From Hyphochytrium catenoides (Eukaryota > Protista > Hyphochytriomycota), in contig FLMG01002721.1 in assembly GCA_900088475.1 (NCBI GenBank), forward strand, positions 6,017 through 70,016: a DNA stretch of 64,000 nucleotides, written 5' to 3'. Shown here in pieces: positions 1 through 12,229 of the stretch (its first letter is position 1; each line of letters begins with the position of its first letter). Both the position numbers and the translations under genes were made by a program. Below the pieces are notes generated by a model. The model was not told the origin of the DNA. It did not search any database and saw only the letters and a list, made by a program, of their open reading frames with translations.

Positions 1-324
1 CCCAGTCGAACAAGACGACATCGTGGTTCAATCTCGTCTCTTCAATTATAATAACCCTCTAACGGCGTGGCTACGGCCATCAGACGGCTCAACTTGCAAG
101 AAGTGCCTGGCTCGGCAGAGGATGCAGCTCAAGTACATTGATCAGATCTATGACCTTTACACGGTGAGACCTATCCTCTTAGTCCCCGCTACTGTCAGTA
201 TTGTCTCACCATCAAACTCGCGCATCGTCAGGACTTTCACGTAGTTGAAATGCCTCTTTTGGATCACGAAGTGCGTGGGATTCCATCGCTGAAGGAGTTC
301 TCTATGAATCTCATCAAACCGTAA
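1..324 (+). CDS. GET3: ATPase GET3/ASNA1 (ArsA family), 3' end only, spliced
   Basis: Spliced translation ...[25 protein letters not shown]|[30 protein letters not shown] matches the GET3 C-terminus (CxxC, KYxDQ, DFHVVxMPLL.xEVRG). GT-AG intron at about 163-231; stop at 322-324. Confidence 0.9.
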
Positions 325-732
325 GACTCCATCCTTGATGACCCGGTTAACAGCAACATTAACGCCTCCACTCCTCATGCCTCCGTGTACTGCTCTCTCT
401 TATTCTTTCATTGACTATATGGCTTCTCTCTTTCAAAATCGAAGTTATGCGGAGACGATCAAGCAGAACTCATCAGCGGTCAGCTTCTAGCCTAATATTT
501 TATTCTTATAAGCTTCTGGCAATAATATAACACTGGGCATACCAGCAGTTTAGCATGGGAGAAGATAGGCTATTGGAACCAAGGGCATCGAAGGCCGAAC
601 TTGAAGAAGAGATAGAGTTCGGAGGGATAAGTTGAAGGACAAAGCTGTGCATTACGTCGGAGCGAGCAGGACCTCACCTCTTGATGTCTGGTTCTTCCTG
701 CAAGCAGACACTAGAGCTGACCCTCCCTTGGG

Positions 733-2070
733 CTAGAAAAGTCTCTCGATGGTGAACAGGATCAGCCCGCTAATAACCATGAGAGCTGGTGTGTCCATCG
801 TGTGAGGCGAGGTAGCCTCCGCATAGGCCATTGCTGGAGGAAGTAGCAACATAGCCAGCCAGCACTGTGCAGGGTCCCTAAAGTCTTGATACTGAAGGGC
901 AGGGAAGAGCATGCCGGACATGAAGACACAGGCGCTGCCCTCGTAAGAGCGGGTATAAGGTCTAGCAGAAAAGCAGCTCCTGACAATGTATTTGTGGCGC
1001 CCGAATGTGACGCCGACAGGCTCTGCCAGTCCATCCCCTATCCCTGTGATGCAGATAATAATGAAGACGAGATTCTCCTGTCCTGTATAGGAGAAGAGCC
1101 CGCGGAAAAAGAGGATCAGAAGAAGGCCTGGGATAATGTTCCCTCCAATGATCCACTTCAGGGTATGTGGCCTGTCCTCTGGGCGGTCCAGCGAGTTGAA
1201 CTGCAACATAAAGAACGTATACCTCTCTCTGACAGGTCGGATCATGAACAGAAACGTCAGGAGCGTAAAGAAGTCGCCCCAGGCCAACTCCAAGGCACCG
1301 GAGCAGCCGCACTCTGGCCCTGGCCTGATTATTAACGGGATGAGATAAGCTGCAAAGTGCTGCAGCTTCCTAGTATAGTTAACCTTGAAGGCAGAGTTCT
1401 TGGTGGTGACAATATAGCCGCGCTCGTCTACAGCGCAGAAATGCCTGCAAATGGCCCCTCCAAGAAGTGAGACAGACATCATGGCTAGCACTTTGGGCGC
1501 TTGATACAGCCAGAACTGGCCATTGAAAAAGAGCTCCGGCTTCAACCAAGTGGTAAGGATCATAAGGACAAGGAAGAAGCCAAGCATGATCCAGACAAAA
1601 TAGTACTCGAAGGTATCTCGCCAGTCGCCATAATAAGCGCCAGCGACATCGCCAGGGTGCAAAACGTCTGAGCCATCAGAGCTGGCAGGGCTTGCAGGCG
1701 TCTGAAAGAGCAAGGGTGAAGGATAAAAAAGCAAGAAAGGCGGCGCAAACTACGTTAGTAGGACTATCGTCTTCAGAGTAGTGGAGAGCAATCTACACGC
1801 CGATACCTGTGCTTCAAGATGGGGACTATCCACCGTGGGAATGGCTCCATAGTTAGTCACAGCGGAGGGAAGTTTGAACTTGGGCTTCTCCTCACGTGGT
1901 TTCCAAAGATAGAAGAACACGATGATGGCTGCCAAAGTAAGAGACGGCCACAGCCAAAGAAGAAGTGTCTGACCGGTGGTTAGCTCAGGCCAGACAGGGG
2001 ACTCTAACGGTGTCTCTTCTGATAGTTGAAGATCGGCCTGCATGCTAGTCGTGATAGCCGGCATATCCAT
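733..2070 (-). CDS. Polytopic membrane protein of the CTP-dependent kinase/cytidylyltransferase family (dolichol/phytol kinase, DGK1-like)
   Basis: Many hydrophobic helices; motifs NYTRKLQHF, GIGDGLAEPVGVTFGRHKY, RSYEGS and AEATSPHTMD are typical of this family. Intron 1702-1806 joins two ORFs; a further upstream exon is possible. Confidence 0.7.
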
Positions 2071-2727
2071 CGAGCTGTAGGCGGCCTCAGCTCTCCGCTG
2101 AGATAAGAGAGAGCGGAACGTCTGGGATGGGACGAATGCGTCCGCCTTCTGATCCTACGGGTGTAGAGTGAACAGACAGCGGGCAGCAATCTCTTCTTCG
2201 TAGTGCCGTCTTCTCAGAAGGATCACCCTGCAAGACCTAGAGCGTCAGAGCGGCTATGAGGACCTCTCACAAGGTTTAGCCCGGTCCTGCAAACTCTAAT
2301 ACTCTGTCTCTAAAGGCCAGACTTCCAGCTGCTATGGAGGTAGAACTAGGTGCTCGGTCCGCCCCGCGCTCGAGCTCTCGGCCGCGCTGTCCCACCCCGA
2401 GCCCCTTAACGCCCACCACCTGTACCGGTAACGGCTAGAGTCCTTTATGTGGTGCCGTTCTAAATAGACATATTTGGGTTCCTGATTCTGGGCAAGTCTC
2501 TTTTTATTATGCGGAATCTGTATTATAACCCCTCCTTCTGCGCAAATTTTGTCGCCTCTCAGATTTCGAAAGTGCGATGATTCCGATGATGAAGCTTCCA
2601 CGGGCCCGATGGCGGCGTCTCCGCGGCGGTCCGCATCCCGTCCTTGGCTCGTAGAGGAAGACTCGATGTCGTCTTGATGTGAGCGCATTATAAGGGCGAT
2701 TCTATTGCTTTGACTTATCCATACACC

Positions 2728-4206
2728 ATGGGAGCGATGGATCGCTATCTCATCAAGTCTGAGTTGCCTAAACAGCCTGTACCATCAGCTGCCATAGGGC
2801 CAACTCTACATAATGCTGTGGCGGTACGGGCAACCTATGGCAGGAAGCGAAGGTTGCCTGATTCACCACATGTCGATGCATGTGAGACAAGGAGGCCCAA
2901 ATGTGAGGTAAGCCGTCGGCCTGAGGCTCAAAAAGGGGCTCGGTTATTTATTGAATACGCTTGAAGGATGCCATCGGGGTGTCAAGGACCATCCTCCACT
3001 TGAAAGATGGAAGAGGGAGCAACAGCACGCATTCCGCTCGCCGTCATGGAGTGCAGGGGCTGACATCGCCTTCCAAGGCGCAGAAAGTCTCTGAGCAAAT
3101 GTTCTTGGACTTTGGGCAAAAAGACTTCGGAAAGCAAAGGACCTGCCCGACGTGTGGCATGGTCTATACCTTGGGCCAAGCGGTGAGTAGGCCACTGTTC
3201 AACTCTTCCTTCTCATCCTTAGGCCTTGGCCGTTGACCCTTCGCACCGCTAGGAGGATGAGGGAGAGCATAAACGCTTTTGTGCACGAGCCGTCCTTGGT
3301 ATTCGCTATTCTGCAGGAAGTCATGAACGAGTGCACTGGCGGCAGACATCACCAAACGGTAAGCTGAAAACCACATCTTCTGCGCACTATCTATGTGAAT
3401 GTTTAGCTGCAACTAACGCCAGTGTGGCTAACAGGAGAGGCCAAAATTGTAGAGATCAGAGGCGGAGACACGGCTTTCCAGCTTGCCAAGGCTCGAGAGG
3501 TAAGGACCCTAGCCATGAGGGGTGCTGGCATCTGGAATTAGCCTCATCAGGACAAGGGGACTATCTAAGATTAGTCAGAGGCGGAGACGAACAGAAAATA
3601 TGAAAGGGAGCAAAAGGAGTGACATATTATAAGCCTGTCGATAACCCGGACTGCCAGGTCCTCCAAGCCATGGACGAGGAGCTGGGATCCAGCGGGTCAG
3701 ATAACATTGATCAGGAGCTTGGAGAGTCTCGTCTCTTTCTCTATGTTCAACAGAAAAGAGTCAGAGGGGCAATGCTGGTCGAACTTATCAGTGAAGCCTT
3801 TCCCATCCTCTCTTCAACTGAAACAAGCCAAAAGGTCGTGGTAGAGACAGAGTTCCAGCAGGAAGGCAAGGAGAACATTGTCCCGGAAAAGAAGAGTGTC
3901 GAAGGCTGTCTGATAGAGAAGCAAGAGGAAGCAGGCAAGATAGAGTGCAGCGCGAGAGCTGTCAAGGCCACCCTTGGCGTCTCAAAAATGTGGGTCGAGC
4001 GAGAGGGACGGCGCCAAGGCATCGCTTCTCAGCTGCTTGACATTGCAAGAGCGCGCATAATCTACGGCTACACGGTGCCCAAGTCAGAGATCGCCTTCAC
4101 TCATCCAACGCCCCAAGGAAAGAAGTTTGCCGAGCACTACATTGGCACTGCTAAGATCCTAGTCTACTCTCCTTGTGTTCCGTCGTCTTCTACTCCTTTA
4201 ACTTAA
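2728..4206 (+). CDS. ECO1: Sister-chromatid cohesion acetyltransferase ECO1/ESCO, spliced
   Basis: PIP-box-like QMFLDFGQ, zinc finger CPTCGMVY...EH..FC, and acetyltransferase motifs LGVSKMWV...RRQGIASQLLD...IAFTHPTPQGKKFA. Confidence 0.92.
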
Positions 4207-4447
4207 GAACTCCTGCCTGCCGCCTCCGCTTCTTAACTCTCATGCTCTCGCAAGCTTCACCCCGCGCCAGGTGAAGCAAGTGGCAGCTCAGAAGAGCGAG
4301 GCGTTTGTTCCTTTACTTCTTCTGTCTCGTTATCTGTCGCTAGGGCTTGCTTGTCTAACTGTGAGTGCTCATAGCAGTATAAGACCAAGAGGCTCCAGGA
4401 CAGGGTTCGGCACAGAGCTTTTATATAGAGTTAAAAAATGAAGCTAA

Positions 4448-6397
4448 TCAAACAGGACAAAGAGAGCTGGAGGGCCGCTCAAGACTCAGTCTTCCTCTCA
4501 TCTTTACGGCCTCCTCAAAGCTGCTTCTCTCTTCCCCTATCAGCGCAGAAATCCCCCTAGCTAGGGATCCAGTCAGCGCTGTGTTGCTCATGCTGCTAAA
4601 GCAAGGAGACCGCCCGCCGCCTCGTTCAACGGGGAGAGCAGAGCAAGAGCCTTGTCGTCAGTCTCAGCACTGATGATGTGCTGGAGAGATTTATGCAGCG
4701 TGGCGAGAGGCTCCTTGATCTAAGACAATCACAGAAAAGGAGAGCGTCAACAACCTCGGTTCAGTCGTAAGTAGAGAAGCTTGCGCAGCCCAAAAGGAGG
4801 GAAGTAGAACCTTGGTGTGGACGCTTCGCTTTGACATCTTTGGTGCCTGGTCAAAGACGAGAAGCAGAAGGAAGACTGCAAAGATTATCCTCCGCCGTCT
4901 TTCATCGGCAGTGGTGCCAAGCTGACTGGGAATAGCAGTCAACTGCTCTAACAGCGACTTCGAAGTAAACACTGAGCCATGGAGGACGGGCAAAACGTTA
5001 GGGAGACAGAGGGGAACTGGGTCCGCAAAAGTAAGAGGCAGAAGAGAAAGGAGACGGTAGAGGAGTAGAGAGAGAGAGAAGATGACAGGCAGCAAGAGCA
5101 GAGGAGAGACAAAGAGACGAGAGATAGACCAAAAGATAGACTGGGAGACAACAGAGAGTGAAGAAAGGACACGTAGAAGAAAAGGGAGAGGAGGGATAAT
5201 CATTGCTTGACAAGGATAGCACCTTTACCTGAAGAGAGTGAACAGAGCGAGCGCGGAGTAGCAGAGAGATCGGAGAGCGCCTGCGATAGGTCAAAATCTG
5301 CCATCAACGTGTCGACGAGGATGGCACCTAAGTCCAAACAGATAGAAGTTAGGCGACGGACTGTGAAAAGGAAAGCGGGGGAAGATAACTCAGGCTCTCT
5401 CTCTCTCGCCAGCCATACCGAGTTCCTCCTTCTTGCCCTTGCTTCCTGTCTCCATCATGCCCTTTAGCAACCTCCGTAGCTGCTTTACAATGAAATCCGA
5501 TGGAGCATTCCTGCCACAGAGTAGAATGAGGGAAGCCAATCAGGCCAAGAGGTGAGAGAATAATATCAGGAAAGAGCGTGGACGGAGTGTAGAGAGATAA
5601 TCTGTTTATGTGGTCTAAGAGTGTGAGGGGCGGAGCAGGAGAGAAAGAGAGAGGAACGGAGGGAAGAAAGAAAGAGTAGAGAGAGGGACGAACTGTTCGA
5701 AAGCTAGGGAGCTGGGAGAGCCGGTAGCATTATGCAGAACTGAGGGAAAGGATATCATACCGGAGAGTCTCAAGGACTCTTTTTACAAGGATGCCGACCT
5801 CTATCCGCTCTCCGGAAGAAGGAGAAGAGGACCACGACAAAGACAAGAATCGGCAGAAGAGTCCAGCAAGCAGCACTCCTTCTCTAACATTCTCCTCTAG
5901 CAGTAGTCCCACCCTGCCTGACGCTGTCAAGAGGTATAACCACGAGGAGACCTCGTCCATCTGCTGCCCTATCTCCCCACCAATAGCTGCACTCTCACAC
6001 GCAAGGCAGAGCTTTCAGACCAACGTGACAGAGAGCCAAAGGAGAGACGAAAGAGAAGGGTTAGGCTTTATTGAAAAGTGACTCCCATCGCCGCGGTTCC
6101 AAGCAGGAGAAGAAAACTTACCACTGACGACAGAAGTCGAAGCCCTAAATCTCTGTGACTCTGGAAAACCTCGTCATCTAGAAAGAGAATAAAAAGAGGG
6201 TCAAAGAAAGAAGTACCAGGGGTGAAAGACAAAGATTGGACAAGCAGTGTAGTGGGTAAGAAGGGCCATAAGAGGAAAGAGAGAGAACAAGAAAAGAGAG
6301 CACAAGGAAGAACAGCGAGAGGAAGAAACCACAGAAAGAGGCCCACCTAGAGAGAGGAAGAGAAAGAGAGATAGAGTAGGAGAAATGGAAAGAGGAA

Positions 6398-6433
<36 letters not shown>

Positions 6434-9400
6434 GGAAACTATTGAGAACAAACAGAACCAAAACAGGCCAAATAGTCATTCAAGAGGCACATCATTTGGA
6501 TAGAAAGTGATTGCAAGGAAAAATGCGTGTAGCGACCAAAGGACCGCGCTTACCTGGGTGGGTCAGCGCTGGGACGACATGCTTAGATGTCCACAGCACC
6601 AGCTGGTTGAGCCTCTGTGGAGTGACGTAGCCTTGACTAGAGACTTCTTCTTTACCAGCCTCGTGGATTGTTAGCTTCCCGTAGACGTGCACGGCCAAGA
6701 CAATCGTTTCCTCCTGGCTCAAATGATCGATTCTGCTGTCTGAGGCCAGAAGCTTCTCCGTTTTCCCAAGAATGCCTTCCAGAGCGCGGAAGACGAGTTG
6801 CAAGGTCCTCAACTGTGAGAGAAGCTTCTCTCTCGGCGCAGGCTGAAGAGTAAAAGTTAAAAGAACACATTGGCCTTACGCTGAGACCGCAAAAATGGCT
6901 AAGACAAGCTCTACTTTACCTCGTTCGCTAAGATGTAATCAAGGATTTTTAGCGCTGACAGGACGGAGATCTGCCCAGAAGTTTTCTCTTTGCTGGAAGT
7001 AGACAATGAACTTTCGCTCTCGAGAGCTTTTAGTGCAGTCTGGATGAGCGTTTCTGCTCTCCCCCACGCACAGAGGCAATGGATAAGTGGTCCCGCCTCC
7101 TCATCTCGCCAGGTGGCGAGGGCTTTGACGTCTGAGGTAGTATTGATTAGACATGTTGGAGGCAGTGAGCGCGGAAGGAGGCTGTAGACAACTCTGGAGG
7201 AAGATCAAGGGGGAAGAGGCCGGTCGTACCACTACTGAGTCTTTGGCCGGCACTGTCGTCACTGGGAAGAAGTGAAAATATCATCCGCAGTGAGGTCGTG
7301 ATAGCTGGCTGGTCCTTGTATCTGGGTTGCCAGTAGTTTGACAAAAGATAGTGAGAAGACGACAGACAAAGTCTAGAAGGAGGGCAGCTATGATGGACCC
7401 AGACAGCAACAGCATTTGATGGAGATCTAATCTACTCGGTCCCCAGGCGGTGTCCGTACCGATCCAGAAGTGCTCTTATATCTTGAGGCCTTAATTCCTG
7501 ATGGAGCAGGAGCAGCGCCGCCTTATGTTTGTCCTCTTTGAGCTTCTTGCTGACGCTCTCCAGCATCCCCCAAGCGATCTGTACCGTCGCGGTTACCAGC
7601 GGGATATCCGACGCCCTCAGAGCTGGTGTTTCCTTCTCCTCACCCTTAGCGGAAGGATGGAAAGTATAGAAGTTTAGCTTTCGACTGAGGGAGAGGCGTA
7701 AGGGGATCAAGGATAGAAAAGACCTGTGTGCGAGTGTGAAAGGTAGAGTAAATCTCCATCAAGAAGAGAGAAGGAAAAGCAAAGCCACGCAGACCGGAAT
7801 GCACAGAGGCACAAGTACGTGTTACCTTGTCTGTGCTGTCCTCATCCTTCGCCTTTCGCTTCTTCCGGTTCTCGTTCACATTCACCCCGTCGGGAGAATT
7901 CTCGTCATTGCTTCCCACAACTCGTCGCTTCCCTTTGCCTCCGTCTTCTGCAGTGACAAGAACACGGAGAAGAACCAGTGCAAACTTGCAAACCGCTCCG
8001 ACGCTGGCGTGCAAGTGAAGCGAGCTGTAGAAGGTGGAAGCGGCAGCCTGATTGCGGCGCACGAAGGCAAAAAATCGCCGGATCTGCTCTGAGTTTGTGA
8101 CACCCTGCAAGCAAGAAACTCCCGCATCAGAACTCAGCACTACGGTTAGGACTCGGAAAGAAAGGATCAGCCGTTAGGACTCGGAAAGAAAGGATCAGCC
8201 GTAGTCGCGAGGCGCCAGCTTGCGTTCACATCTTACGTAAACGTAAGGTTAAGCGGGGCATTCTAGATAGTCGCAAAGCAATGTAATAAGAAGAAAGGCT
8301 AGACTAGAGACCTGTGGGAAATACGAGTTCAGGAACAGCTGCGTGAGGGCAGCCACCATAGGGCGGTTGTCTTTGTCCTGGACCAAGCGTCCCAAGAGAT
8401 CATCCACCTACACCATCCGCGCATAGCACAACATCCAATTAGGGACAGATAGCAAGATGAAGAAGGCCATACAAGCTGCTTAACGCTCCATTATCTGGCA
8501 GAGACTAGGCTGAGCAAACAGTAAAGCGCTCCGTGTGTCGCTTACCTCCACTATCTTATAAAAGGCAATTCCTCTGATCTTCTTAACTCTCAGCAGCAGT
8601 CGAACAAACGACAAGCGGACAGGTGCAGCTTGATCGTGAATAAGCGGTGAGAGAGAAGGAAGAAGAGTCTTCATCACTCCATGGGAAAGATGATTGTCCA
8701 GGATGAAGTCCAGTCCTTGAAACACTGGTGGTAAGCGAGTCAGAGAGAGAGGACAGCTTCTTAGAAGGCGGAAAGGATGGGTTTTTGGTCATCTAGGGTG
8801 CGGAATTTACCCGCTGTACGGACGGCAGGTGATGCCTTGTCATAGACGAGCTCGCCCGCCAACTGTGTGAGAAGGAACTTGATCATCTGTTGCCAGTATG
8901 CCAGAATACATTAGCCAAGAGATCAGTCTAGTTTATCCAGGAACACAATCTACAGCCCTTTCGTGGAAAGAAGCACTCTGCCACCTGCCACTGTGTCCGC
9001 TCTTTTCTATTTCTTACTCATTTCTCCTGGCTTTGCCTATATCTTCACCCACCTGCAAGGGAATCAACTCCCAGAAGAGCCCGAGCACCCTACTGATTCC
9101 CTGGACACCGACGACTCGAACGGAAGGGTCTGGATCTTGAATGAGGTCTCCCAGACAGTCAAATTGCTTCTGCAATAAGGCATCAGCCTCAGACACTGCA
9201 GCCCCCGGGCTTTGCAAAGGGAAGACGTCCACAAGAAGCGTCGCTGCTTGGCGGCGAACCTGCGTGCGTGCGGAAAAACAGGTGACATAGCGAGTGGCAA
9301 ATGGAGGAAAGGTAAGGTGATGCGGCCGCTTCAGTGACCCTCGTGTAGCTTACGATGGAGTTAGCCGCCTTCAAAGACCTCCAAAGAATGGGCTCATACA

Positions 9401-11068
9401 ACCGTAGTAGCATCTCATCCACTCCTTTTAGCCGTTTATTCTCATGAAAAGCTGAACAAAGAGTACGAATGCGTAAGGATCTTCCGAGGGGCTGCACGAG
9501 AGGGGAGCGATTAGGGTTGCACATCTTGCCTTTCAGGAGGAGCTTCAGATTGTTGAAAATCTTAGCGGTCTTAGCATGAATCGCTCTGTTGATCACGTCT
9601 TGGATGCAATTGTACTCCAGTTTCAGTGTATACTGGCCATTCGAACCTCGCCATGCCTTCAGATAAAGGTCGCCATATGTGGCAAGGACTGACTTGCGCT
9701 GGAATGGAACCTGCCGTTGAGCAGAGTTAGAGGTCTTCCGAGTGGCAGCAAGAGAGAGATAGGAGGCAAGGCTAGAGTGCATTGAGCCTGAGAAGGAAGA
9801 AAGCTACGCCGCTTTTCCAGCCACGTAAGATACTGTCCAGGAATGAGGAAATCCTTAAGAGCAAGAGAGTTAAATAAGAGAGACACACAGGAGAAAAAAG
9901 ACGGAGAGGATCAAGAGGAAGAGGAGAAAGAGAGACAGACAGACAGACAGAGATGAACAGGTAGACCACCGGTCATAGCAAAAGGAGGACTACCCATGGG
10001 AAGGGAAAGAAGGCTCAGACGACGTGCCTGGTTAAGCACAGTGGCATGAATCTCATCAATAAAGTCCGGATGTAGGCCAAAGACAAACCCCAGAAATCTC
10101 CGGCCATCAGCTGCCCTCAGATAGTTCGGATGGAGAAAGCAGCGCAGTAGCAGGCCCTTAAGGCTTTGAATACTTTCGTCTTCAAAGTCAAGGAGAAGGA
10201 GGGTGTTTCTTATGGCATAGACTCTCTTAACATCCACTTCCCTGGAATCCTCCTCTAAGGACTTTACGATCAGAAATGGCAGGAGCTGAGTAACTAGCAG
10301 CTCAGCGCCAGGCCGCTCATCCACCCACCACTTCTCACAGATTCTAGAGGCACATGCGACAGAGGACGCTCTTAAGAGTTATACGAGCAGAAGAGCTAAT
10401 AAGATGGCCCAACCTGGCGATGATGCCTTGCAGCGAAGAGCCTTCTACACCTCGCAGCTGAAAGATGATGGAATGAAGGTTACAGGCAACCTCCAGCAAC
10501 GGATCTGGTGCCACTCTGCTTTTACTTTGAATCCAGACTTGCATGAGCTGTCCCACAACCTAGTGGTGCATAATAGACCGGTGATGGTGACATCTCTCAG
10601 GAGCATGTTTCAGGGTAGTTAAGACTGCCTTGCTTACCCTTAAGTACCCGAGCGCATTCGCAACTTGATCGCGTGCATGGAGATGCGCATCAAGGTCTGG
10701 CTCTGCGTCGTCCTTCATCTGTAGGCACGCGAGGTAAGTCAGGCTTTCTAACTACTAAGAGGTTTTCCACCAGCAGAGATGGTTTCCACCAGCAGAGATG
10801 TTACCTCGACATCGTCTCCTTCTTCCTCCGGACTAGGGCGCTGTTGAAGGAGGAATGATTGCTGCTCAATAAGCGGCCGAACTTTGCCAGCTATGTTCTC
10901 CCAGATGGTCTCATGCCCCTTTGTAGGCGTAGCATCGATGTGCTCAGAAAGATCGAAAGAGTCATTTTTATCGTGATGCCTCCTGAGTAGCTTCTCTAGA
11001 TTAGAACAGTCCTTCACATCATCATTACTGGCAGCCGCCAGGAGCTCGCTAGCTTTCTTCTTCGTCAT
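4448..11068 (-). CDS. NCAPG2: Condensin-2 complex subunit G2, multi-exon; 3' end approximate
   Basis: Exons encode DGRRFLGFVFGLH, YGDLYLKAWR, LEYNCIQDVINRAIH, KGVDEMLLRLYEPILWRSLKAANSIVRRQAA..LVDVFPL, LQKQFDCL..DPDPSVR and LLDNHLSH-like segments, all characteristic of CAP-G2. Confidence 0.88.
8145..8200. repeat. Perfect 28-bp tandem duplication in an NCAPG2 intron
   Basis: gttaggactcggaaagaaaggatcagcc occurs twice in tandem. Confidence 0.9.
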
Positions 11069-12229
11069 TCTCCGAAAGCAGTCTTATGGTTGCTCTGACA
11101 CCGGCATTAAGGTCCTCAGTTGACTGGCGAGGAGAAAAAGTGAAGTGGCGCGCTGCCCCTGGTATCCGGACTTTAGGGAGGGATAGCGTCTCGTTGCGAG
11201 GTGATGAAGCGCTCGGGACACGTCTAAGCTTGGCGATACCACAAAAAAGTCTGATAGGAGCGGGAGCGACAAGCACAAAGAGAGCTAACTCTGGAGTATG
11301 AAGCAGCAGTCTAGCAACCAGCGGCCTCGAAAGGCATCATCCGACAATCGAACTAGAACTGCGTAAGGCATCGACGGCCCTTGGCTCTCCTAGAATCTTA
11401 CTCGTACTCGCTGCTCCCTCTACTCCTCCTCAACGTCATCAGGCTCGCACCTCCCATAGAAAGAACTCCTTCCTCGACTCACCGAGCTCATCCCAAGCAC
11501 CCAGCTCCCAGCTTCAAGCTTCACACTTCACGCTCACAGTGCGTGCGCCCTAGTCCGCGCTGGGTCTCTCTCTGGTGATGAGTGGGAAAACCTGCAAAAC
11601 TCGAAAATTCAAAATGAATCACTCATAAAGAATCACAATTTACTAGCTCTAGTTATCAAAGCTTATCTCTCACTCACGACGTGGGATCCACATAGGGCTT
11701 TCCCGCTGCCTTGTTATTATCAATGGGGTAAATAAGTGTTTGCGAGACAGAGCGAGCCAAAGGTGAGAAGATGATGAGCAAGTATCTGGTTTTTATCCAA
11801 GACAGAGTCCCTAAAGAGATATTGCAGGACTGCAGGAAGAGTGTTTCAGATCCAGAACAGAGAAGGCGGGCAATAATAAGCGATGGGGAATCTGCGACAA
11901 TGAACCTTGGGGACGTGCTGCACTACTCCGTCTGTCTCACATCTCACGAGTCTCCTTCTCCACGCTGCGCGCTGGCCGCATCTTCATCAGCCGGCGTCGT
12001 GCATCTCAATATTATTGACAGCTGGGATCATTGGAATAGAACTCTTGTCGGCATTCTTTCAAGCTGGGGCTGATAGCTTCGCTCCACTTCTGCTGGACTT
12101 ACCAGTAAGCAGGCCCATTAGCTCTGCCGAGACCCAAGAGTGCACAGTTCCTTCCGCTCCGTAGAGTCTACCTTTTAGTGGACAAGTTAGCTTAGTTATA
12201 GTTGGTCTAGTTTGCTCTATAGACGAATA

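Noticed and set aside
157-378. 73-aa minus-strand ORF
   Set aside because: Antisense shadow of the GET3 3' exons.
8145-8200. 28-bp repeat as a CRISPR-like array
   Set aside because: Only two abutting copies, no spacer, and a eukaryotic intron context.
11300-12200. Short ORFs and splice-like sites between NCAPG2 and VMP1
   Set aside because: I could not build a consistent reading frame or recognisable protein; probably promoter or UTR sequence.
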